Source: Candidatus Xenobia bacterium
GTDB taxonomy: Bacteria > Vulcanimicrobiota > Xenobia > Xenobiales > QWHO01
Direction: 5' to 3'
Assembly: GCA_045863235.1 (NCBI GenBank)
Contig: BTUM01000021.1
Span: 1 to 64,000, forward strand
Length of the DNA: 64,000 bases
In this document: piece by piece, positions 56,928 through 64,000 of the stretch
Numbering within the stretch: the first letter of the stretch is position 1
Layout: each line of letters opens with the position of its first letter
Position numbers and translations under genes: made by a program
The notes under the pieces: generated by a model
The model's input: only the letters and a program-made list of their open reading frames with translations
What the model was told of the DNA's origin: nothing
Database searches by the model: none

Positions 56928-57968
56928 TCAGGCGACGAAGGTGTCCATGGCCGAGAGCTCGCGGAAACTTGTGGCCAGGTTCTCGCGGTCGCGCTCGAGG
57001 GTGGCCAGGGAAACCATCTCCGAGCCGAGGCGAATGTTCTTCGGGTCGGCGTCAGGCTCGGAGCGCCAGTTTTGCAGGCCGTCGCCGCTGCCGTGTCGGG
57101 CTTCGAAGCGGGCCAACTGCTTTCTCTGATAGCCTTCCTGCTTGGGCGTGATGCTCTGGCGCTGCTTGAGGTTGTCGATAGCGTCGCGCATCGAGTTGAC
57201 TGCTTCGTCCACCAGCGAGAGGGCATCGCGGACGGTGTTGCGGGTCTGGGCCATCTCGAAGCGCCCCTCGTCCACGTCGAAACGGACTCCGCTGCTGGAG
57301 GTGTAGGCCGCGCTCTCGACCTCGCCCCGGCGACCCCCGGGTCCGGTGCGGCCCAGCGCCTGGCCCACGAAAGTCCTCTCTGAGCTGTGCGAGTCGAGGA
57401 TCTGGAGGTTGGAGGCGTGCACCGAGCGCATCACTTCGAGCTGGGGGCGGATCAGGTTGTTGAAACCGGTCGTCATCAGCGCCATGCGGTTCATCGCCTG
57501 CTTGGCCGACTCGGGCGAGCTGCGACCGACCATGGCGGCCACCCGGGTATCGCGGATGCCCCGGATCATGTCCCGGTGGCTGCGCTGGATGCGGGTGTTG
57601 GTGCGCGACAGGGTCTTTCCATGGCCCTGCTTGATGCGGCGCTGGTCGGCGCGCAGCCCCTGCTCCTTGCGGGTGAAGTTGAGCGCACCCACGGCATCAG
57701 CCAGACCGTCGTGGATCTTGTCAGACGTCTGGCCGCGCTCGCCCAACTCGTCCGGGCCAGGAAGCGTGGCCAGGCGCGAGGGAGCCGGGCCGCCGGCCGT
57801 GGCGGCCAGCTCTTCATACAGCCTCTCGGAAGCGACCTTGCGGCCCATCACGTCCGGACTGCCGTTCGCTGGTTGGGGGGCGACGACCCCATCGGCAACC
57901 GACAGCTCATAGCCCGGGGTGATGGGTCCGGAGGCCAGAGCCAGGTTCGTTGCGCGGGTGCCAACCAT
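56928..57968 (-). CDS. Helical hypothetical protein, 346 aa, weak flagellin/FlgL resemblance
   Basis: GAGGAGG SD before ATG 57968; amphipathic helices; no Sec signal. Confidence 0.7.
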   Translation of the reverse strand: MVGTRATNLALASGPITPGYELSVADGVVAPQPANGSPDVMGRKVASERLYEELAATAGGPAPSRLATLPGPDELGERGQTSDKIHDGLADAVGALNFTRKEQGLRADQRRIKQGHGKTLSRTNTRIQRSHRDMIRGIRDTRVAAMVGRSSPESAKQAMNRMALMTTGFNNLIRPQLEVMRSVHASNLQILDSHSSERTFVGQALGRTGPGGRRGEVESAAYTSSSGVRFDVDEGRFEMAQTRNTVRDALSLVDEAVNSMRDAIDNLKQRQSITPKQEGYQRKQLARFEARHGSGDGLQNWRSEPDADPKNIRLGSEMVSLATLERDRENLATSFRELSAMDTFVA

Positions 57969-57995
57969 ACTGGTTTGTTCCCTCCTCGAGGCCCA

Positions 57996-58038
57996 TCGAC
58001 AAGAGGATGTCTGTAAACCAAGTGTTACCGATGTTGCC
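57996..58038 (-). promoter_or_regulatory. Conserved upstream motif, copy B
   Basis: Minus strand GGCAACATCGGTAACACTTGGTTTACAGAC-N8-GTCGA; matches 15163-15205. Confidence 0.55.
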
Positions 58039-58158
58039 TTTTTGTGTCGGCAGGTTACAACTTTCTCCAGGGCCGCTGGATCCTCAGGAACGACCGGCCG
58101 GTCGAACGTTCGGAGCTCGCCGGAACTTTCTTTACTGGATTCGGTTACAATGAGCACC

Positions 58159-59475
58159 ATGAGTCAAGCGATTGCGAGTCCTCCCGGCCCTCGACCCCTG
58201 GTGAGCTGGTCCTTGCTCTTCTCCCTGCGCAAGAACCCCCTCCGTTTCATCGAGCGCCTGGCCCACCGCTACGGGGACGTGGCCTACTTTCGCATCGGCC
58301 CCCAGCGGGTCTACCTGCTCAACCACCCCGACCTGGTGCGCGAGCTGCTGGTCGTGCAAGACGAGCACTGCATCAAGGGCCGGGGCCTTCAGATCGCCAA
58401 GCGCCTCCTGGGCGAGGGTCTGTTGACCAGCGAGGGCGAGTTGCACAAGCGCCAGCGCGCTCTGATGCAGCCCGTCTTTCACAAGCAGAAGGTGACTGCT
58501 TTCGCCGAGCTGATGGCCGAGTTCGCCCTGCGCACCAGTCAGGGTTGGGAGAGCGGCACCAGACTCGAGATGGGGGAGGAGATGTCCCGCCTGACCCTGG
58601 CCATCGTGGCCCGGGCTCTCTTTGAGACCTCGGTCGATCAGCAGCGCGAGGCCGAGGAGATCGGACGTGCTCTGACCGACGCCCGCTATCTCTTCATGCA
58701 GGCCTCAATCCCGGGCTTTCTCTTGCTCGAGAAGGTGATTCCCCCGCTGAGGCGTCGCTTCGAGCGCATCAAGTCGCGCCTGGATACCACTGTGCAGGCC
58801 ATCATCGCCGAGCACCGGGCCAATCCCGAGCTTCACCAGGACCTGCTCTCGCGACTGCTGGAGACTCCCATGAGCGATCAGCAGGTGCGAGACGAGGTGA
58901 TGACGCTCTTTCTGGCCGGCCACGAGACCACCGCCGCCGCCATGAGCTGGACGCTGCACCTTCTCTCCCACAACCCGGAATGGGCCGACCGCCTGGCCGT
59001 GGAGCTACGCAGCGAGCTCGGCTCGGAGCTGCCCCGAGCCGAGCAGGTGCTGCGCCTGCCCCTGCTGAGCGCGGTGCTGGCCGAGTCGCTGCGCCTCTTT
59101 CCGCCCGCCTGGGTCATGGGCCGACGTATCACCCGAGAGCTCGAGTTCGGGGGCTATCGCTTTCCAAGAAACAGCTTGCTGCTGGCCTCCCAGTGGACGG
59201 TGCAGCGCGACGAGCGCTGGTATCCCGACCCCCTGCGCTTCGACCCGGACCGCTGGAAGCCCGAGCTCCGCGCCCAGCGCCCTCGCTACGCCTACTTCCC
59301 CTTCGGCGGCGGCAGCCGGGTCTGCGTGGGCGAGCACTTCGCCTGGCTCGAAGCTGCCCTCCTCCTGGCCGTGCTGGCCCGCGACTGGCGCTTCCACCCG
59401 GCTGGCAAGGTGCGCCCCGATCCCAGCATCACCCTGCGCCCGGTGCGCCTGGACCTGGTGCTCGAGCGTCGGTAG
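58159..59475 (+). CDS. Cytochrome P450
   Basis: AGHETT, ESLR (ExxR), PDRW, heme motif FGGGSRVCVG. Confidence 0.96.
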   Translation: MSQAIASPPGPRPLVSWSLLFSLRKNPLRFIERLAHRYGDVAYFRIGPQRVYLLNHPDLVRELLVVQDEHCIKGRGLQIAKRLLGEGLLTSEGELHKRQRALMQPVFHKQKVTAFAELMAEFALRTSQGWESGTRLEMGEEMSRLTLAIVARALFETSVDQQREAEEIGRALTDARYLFMQASIPGFLLLEKVIPPLRRRFERIKSRLDTTVQAIIAEHRANPELHQDLLSRLLETPMSDQQVRDEVMTLFLAGHETTAAAMSWTLHLLSHNPEWADRLAVELRSELGSELPRAEQVLRLPLLSAVLAESLRLFPPAWVMGRRITRELEFGGYRFPRNSLLLASQWTVQRDERWYPDPLRFDPDRWKPELRAQRPRYAYFPFGGGSRVCVGEHFAWLEAALLLAVLARDWRFHPAGKVRPDPSITLRPVRLDLVLERR

Positions 59476-59919
59476 ACGACCGGCGAATTGCCAAGGGCCT
59501 TTCCAGGAGGGCTTGTGTTCGACAGGTTTTCGTTTCCGGCGGAAACAAACTTGCGTTCGATTTGATCGATTGGATGATCACGCGCTCCCTGTTCTGGGCT
59601 GAGGCGCCAACTGCCGCCTGGAGAAAGAGAACCCTGGCATCCCAGCTCAAGCTGCTTCGAGTTTAGAGAACGTTACGGACGGGACAGAGGAGCAGGCAGA
59701 CCCGAGCAATCCCGTAGGGTCGCCATTCTAGAGGCCCCATTTAAAGCTCCGGGAAGGGCGGCGATTCTTGCGATTCGTGCGAGTTCGAGGAACCGTCGTT
59801 TCGCTCTAAGCAACCACGCCGGGATAAGTCCTCGACATCTTCTCAGTTTGCTGTGAGGCAGACGGATGCGACCTCCCATATTGGAAGGAATACCATCGCC
59901 GCTATCCAATGGTTTGATT

Positions 59920-62727
59920 GTGAAACGGCTGGCAGTTCTCTTCGGCCTGGTACTCCTTCTGGTAGCGTGCGGCACAGACACGGGTACGGTTTTGGGAACT
60001 GTCGTGGAGAATGGCGGCTCTCCGGGCGGGGCGCCGGTAGGCCCCGACGGTGGCACGACGACCACCGTGATCGTTCGGCACACGCAATTGTTAAAGGGCA
60101 TCCCATCCGAAGTCGAGCAGCTTCAGTTTATCGCTCGCGATGCGGCCGGCACGGTGGTTTTTGGGCCCGAGCTGCGGGACAAAGTGCCGGAAATCCGGCT
60201 CCAGATCCCCAGGAGCGCGCGCAGTCTGGAGATCCTCTATCTGGCGGCAGGCCAACCGGTGGCGGTGGTGCTGATCGATCTCGAGTTGGGACAAGAGGTC
60301 ATTACTATCCTGGATCCACAACTGGAATACCAGGTCAATACGCTCGTCATTCAGCCTTCAGCTCTGCGTGTGGCGGCTCGCTCTCAGCGACAACTCAAGG
60401 CGGTGGCCAGCCTCGGGGTTGGAGCCGTGCCACGAAACGTCACCGAAGAGGCTACCTGGACCTCCTCCGACCCATCCGTCGCGTCGGTGTCGCCCGGGGG
60501 ATTGCTGACGGTGACCGCCCCCGGCCAGGCAACCATCACGGCCACGATCGCCCCGAACTCGGCTTCTATCGTTGTGAACTGTCCCGGTCAGGGCAGCTTC
60601 TCCGGTTTCCTGGCACCGCAAGTTACACCGCTAGCCGACGGGCCCTTTGGACATCTCCCGCAAGTCGGTGACCTCAATGGGGACGGCATTCCGGACGTCG
60701 TCTGCGCCAATCAGGAAATCACCCTGACCGCGAATCACGTCGAGGTCTTCCTGGGCCAGACCGACGGCACCCTGGGCGCACCCACGGTTTACCCGGCCGG
60801 CTTCGTACGCGCTCTCCGTTTGGGGGACCTCAACGGTGACTTGAAGCTGGACCTCGTCGTGTGCACGAACCGCACTTTTCCCTACGCTATCGCTGGAATG
60901 CTCGGAAATGGTGACGGCACCTTCGGTCCCATCCAGGAGACCCAGGTGAATCTGAACCCAACGAATGATAGCCTCCTGGAGCTCGGTGACGTGAATCAGG
61001 ATGGACGGCTGGACGCCATCATCGGCGGGTCCGGGGATGCACCTCAACCGATCGTTACCTGTTTTGGAAATGGGGATGGCACCTTCACGGTCGGCCCGAG
61101 CTTCAACGTGGGTCGCTCACCCTCCGGTCTGGCTTTGGGGGACATCACGGGGGACAACAGGTTGGATGTGCTCGTTTCCATTTTCGATGCGGCCTCCGGG
61201 GCCGGCCCCGGGCAGATCGAGTCGCACGCGGGCAACGGAGATGGGACCTTTCAGGGGGCTCAGGTATTGCCGGCAACCGCGGGAGTGTGGCCCCACCATT
61301 TGAGGCTGGGCGATGTCAACGAGGATGGGCGACTGGATCTGGTTGCCGCCTACTTGGGGTCCCCCACCATCAACGTCTTTACCAACCAGGGCGGCGGGAC
61401 TCTGGTCCTGAGTCGCGCCCTGGAGGAAGACAACAGCGGCGGGTTGACGCTGGGCGCGTTGAGGCTGACCGACCTGAATCGGGATGGGCACCTCGACCTG
61501 GTCAGCCTGTCCAGCACCTGGACAGGGGACGGGTCGGGAGACTTTCATAAGGTGCAAACTTTCAGCCCTCCAATTTGGGCCGGCCTGCCGGAATCGATCC
61601 AGGCTGCGGACATGGATCGCGATGGGATCGTCGACCTCGTGGTTCCCGCCAGCGATTCCAGCATCGGCATCCTGTTCGGACAGGGAGACGCTTCGTTTCC
61701 AAGTCCTCTTCCGGTTGACTTGCGCCCCACCGACGATCTGGTCTCGGGAGACTTTGACGAGGACGGCCGGCCCGACTTGGTGAGCCGCGAACCGATGACG
61801 GGGAAGACAACCGTTACCTTGAGCCGAGCGGACGGAACCTTCGTGACCTCGGCGAGCTTGGACCCGGGGCCGGATGAAGCCCAGGGCGGTCTGGTCGTGG
61901 CGGATTTCGACCAGGACACCCATCTGGACCTGGCGACAGCCCAGGATGGCTCGATCCGAGTCCTGAGCGGCCGCGGGGATGGGATCTTTGACTTGTTACC
62001 GGGGCACGCGCTGAGCGGCCGGCCGGCGCGTCTGGCGACAGCGGATTTCAACCAGGACGGCTTGCCCGACCTCGCGGTCGGATTTCTCGATAGCCCTGGC
62101 CTTTCGATTCTGCTCGGTCGCGGTGATGCAACGTTCCGCGCCGAAGCTACCTTGTCCACCTCTCGACCCGTCAGTGCTCTGACCGCGGCCGACCTGGATC
62201 AGGACGGGAGAACCGATCTGGCCGTCGGCCAGGGAGACGACAGCAACATCCAGCTCTGGTTCGGAAACGGAGATGGAGTTTTCGAGCCCCGGGGTCGCAT
62301 CGACATCACGACTCCACAGAACGTGGTGGCGGCGGACTTCAACCAGGATGGGCGGCTCGACCTGGCCATCCTGGCCGGCACGGGCAATCCCGGCAACGTG
62401 TGGCTGGCCCTAAACAGCGGTGGAGGCGGCTTTAGCGCGCCGCAGATCGTAGCTGGAGCCTCCTTGTTGGCTCGCTCCCTCCTGACCGCAGACATGAATT
62501 TCGACGGTCTTCCGGACCTGATCGTGAGTCCCCAGACGTTTGTCGCCTCGCCGGACACTCTGATCCTCTTCTCCAACGGGGACGGCACTTTCCCAAGTAA
62601 CTTCCCGGTTGCATTTCCGATTGCCGGTCCGGCAGCCGTAGCGGATTTCGATCTGGACGGGAAACCCGACCTGGTCCTTTCGTCGCGAACGGCAAACGCG
62701 GGTTCGATCTTCCTGCAACGACCGTAA
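59920..62727 (+). CDS. Lipoprotein adhesin: Big_2 Ig domain plus 14 FG-GAP/VCBS repeats
   Basis: Lipobox LLVAC; TWTSSDPSVASV Ig motif; 14 (G/A/T)DxxxDGxxD-type repeats. Confidence 0.88.
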   Translation: MKRLAVLFGLVLLLVACGTDTGTVLGTVVENGGSPGGAPVGPDGGTTTTVIVRHTQLLKGIPSEVEQLQFIARDAAGTVVFGPELRDKVPEIRLQIPRSARSLEILYLAAGQPVAVVLIDLELGQEVITILDPQLEYQVNTLVIQPSALRVAARSQRQLKAVASLGVGAVPRNVTEEATWTSSDPSVASVSPGGLLTVTAPGQATITATIAPNSASIVVNCPGQGSFSGFLAPQVTPLADGPFGHLPQVGDLNGDGIPDVVCANQEITLTANHVEVFLGQTDGTLGAPTVYPAGFVRALRLGDLNGDLKLDLVVCTNRTFPYAIAGMLGNGDGTFGPIQETQVNLNPTNDSLLELGDVNQDGRLDAIIGGSGDAPQPIVTCFGNGDGTFTVGPSFNVGRSPSGLALGDITGDNRLDVLVSIFDAASGAGPGQIESHAGNGDGTFQGAQVLPATAGVWPHHLRLGDVNEDGRLDLVAAYLGSPTINVFTNQGGGTLVLSRALEEDNSGGLTLGALRLTDLNRDGHLDLVSLSSTWTGDGSGDFHKVQTFSPPIWAGLPESIQAADMDRDGIVDLVVPASDSSIGILFGQGDASFPSPLPVDLRPTDDLVSGDFDEDGRPDLVSREPMTGKTTVTLSRADGTFVTSASLDPGPDEAQGGLVVADFDQDTHLDLATAQDGSIRVLSGRGDGIFDLLPGHALSGRPARLATADFNQDGLPDLAVGFLDSPGLSILLGRGDATFRAEATLSTSRPVSALTAADLDQDGRTDLAVGQGDDSNIQLWFGNGDGVFEPRGRIDITTPQNVVAADFNQDGRLDLAILAGTGNPGNVWLALNSGGGGFSAPQIVAGASLLARSLLTADMNFDGLPDLIVSPQTFVASPDTLILFSNGDGTFPSNFPVAFPIAGPAAVADFDLDGKPDLVLSSRTANAGSIFLQRP

Positions 62728-63058
62728 AGCCTCGGCTTCTCCACTTTCTTACTTTCTTTCGGGCCGAGGCCATGTAGATACTCCCGGTAAGAGCGACTGC
62801 TGCCGTATTTGGCCGAAACCTTGATCTGGTAGGGTTTTCCGCTCTTGGCGGGGGCGAGCGGTGAACTGTGCAAGAATTCGCCCGCACGGGAGCCGTTCTG
62901 GCGCTCTTGCGTGCCAAGCGAGTTCCTGGTGCTGGTCTCGGCCACGGAGTTTGGTGATCAAGCGGTGATCAAGACCACTCTCCTCCGTTGAGGTGGCTCC
63001 AACGGAGTGTAGTTCGCGGTCTTCACGTGGGTTCTCTGAGCAAGAACAACGAGGCAGC

Positions 63059-63349
63059 CTATAGCCGCTCGAGCCAGTAATTTGGCTCCCGTCGCTGGTG
63101 AGAGACTGCGAGCACGCGAACCTGAGAGTCATCGTGCTCGAAGAATACCGTGTAGCGGAAGCGGCGCATCACAGCTTTCCGCACCTCTGCATGGAACAGA
63201 GGAAAGCTCTCGGGGAGTTTGGCAATGCGGTTGGAGAGTTCGCCGATCTCCTGGTCGAACTTAACGGCCAGCTCAGGGTCTTGTTGACGTAGATACTCGC
63301 GTGCTTCCCGCGCTTCCCGAGCAGCCTCAGGGTGAAAGACCAGGTTCAA
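63059..63349 (-). CDS. RelE/ParE-family toxin
   Basis: FHPEAARE, RRFRYTVFF, VLAVSHQRREPNYW. Confidence 0.9.
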   Translation of the reverse strand: MNLVFHPEAAREAREAREYLRQQDPELAVKFDQEIGELSNRIAKLPESFPLFHAEVRKAVMRRFRYTVFFEHDDSQVRVLAVSHQRREPNYWLERL

Positions 63350-63570
63350 CAGGGGTCTGGGGGAGTAGCGATTAGAGACAAGGCTTCCTCGAGCGGGAGC
63401 CCCTTCACGGCGCCCGAGCGTAGTTCCGCCGAGCGCTGCTCAAGCGTGCCCTTCAGTTGGTTCTCAGCTTCCTCATCCAGGCTGGCATAGAGCAACTCCA
63501 CCAATTCGGCCCGTTCGTCCGAGGTCAGTTGCATGGCCTTCTGGTAAAGCTCGCGGGCCCGTGTGGTCAT
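63346..63570 (-). CDS. Addiction-module antitoxin component
   Basis: AMQLTSDERAELVELLYASLD...RSGAVKGLPLEEA; overlaps the toxin start. Confidence 0.85.
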   Translation of the reverse strand: MTTRARELYQKAMQLTSDERAELVELLYASLDEEAENQLKGTLEQRSAELRSGAVKGLPLEEALSLIATPPDPC

Positions 63571-64000
63571 TCGGAGAGTTTCGGCTGAACGCGCGGGGAC
63601 CCTGCATTCTGGCGGATAAGCCCATCGCCGAATCATATGGAAGTCATTGAGGTGCAAGACCCTGGAGCGCGCGGTGCGCAACGACAACTACGGTTGGTCC
63701 AATTTCAACTTGTGATTGAGCCGTTCGCGCCGCGCCTGTTCGTAGGGTTCAATGCTCGCATCACGCTCGCCTTCTAGGCGTCCCCGGTAGGCGACAGCAA
63801 CACAGTCGCAGAACCCGATCCACATCAGGCTCGGATCTGACGGGCACGCCGTATATTGCTTTCGGTCTGGTGGCAGATCTCGACCTCACCGACTCCGGGA
63901 GATTCCTGTACACCGCCAATCCGTTCAACAGCGTCAGCAACGTCGCTGGATACTCGATCGATCAAGTCTCGGGTGTACTCACGAGGTTGGCGAACTCTCC

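Noticed and set aside
62199..63058. ORF 62199..62945 and the TTGATCACC direct repeat near 62955-62974
   Set aside because: Mostly antisense to the FG-GAP gene; the free part may be a gene remnant but has no recognisable family.
63652..63661. GTGCAAGACC matching the hairpin element at 6946-6955
   Set aside because: A 10-mer that also occurs inside a coding region near 12462; flanks do not match, so chance is sufficient.
63690..64000. Short broken minus-strand frames at the window end
   Set aside because: No continuous ORF or motif; cannot be interpreted without the adjacent sequence.
1..64000. CRISPR arrays, tRNA/rRNA genes, IS elements, prophage genes
   Set aside because: No spaced direct-repeat array, cloverleaf, rRNA-like tract, transposase, integrase or phage structural motif was seen by eye; a covariance-model search would be needed to exclude small RNAs.

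Overview
High-GC bacterial chromosomal window, densely coding, with about 53 protein genes. I found no rRNA, tRNA, CRISPR array, transposase or integrase. The taxon cannot be fixed from the sequence; TolC, MCE and lipoproteins imply a diderm envelope, and the style of the orphan proteins reminds me of Eremiobacterota/Vulcanimicrobiota, which is only an impression. Housekeeping genes include tlyA, a cyclophilin, kup, a Dus enzyme, malic enzyme, ALDH, an MntR/DtxR regulator, PIN-PhoH, class I FBPase and a P450. Accessory content includes an MCE + HpnN-like MMPL pair, a Ser/Thr kinase-DUF1800-DUF1501-FHA/wHTH cluster, a pilC + four-prepilin operon, three toxin-antitoxin pairs and a 14-repeat FG-GAP lipoprotein. 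Best leads: (1) an intact HtpG/Hsp90-like ATPase translationally coupled to a 1422-aa partner made of a degenerate GHKL domain plus five tandem Hsp90-middle-like modules; (2) three unrelated large Sec-less proteins, one a patatin phospholipase, sharing a disordered N-terminus with an EP[L/S]D motif near residue 30, a possible common export signal; (3) a lipoprotein gene switched off by a G10 tract; (4) a giant pilin whose only plausible start is one G out of frame; (5) a 30-bp non-coding motif (23/30 identical) present at two loci 43 kb apart. The single-base frameshifts could be assembly errors.
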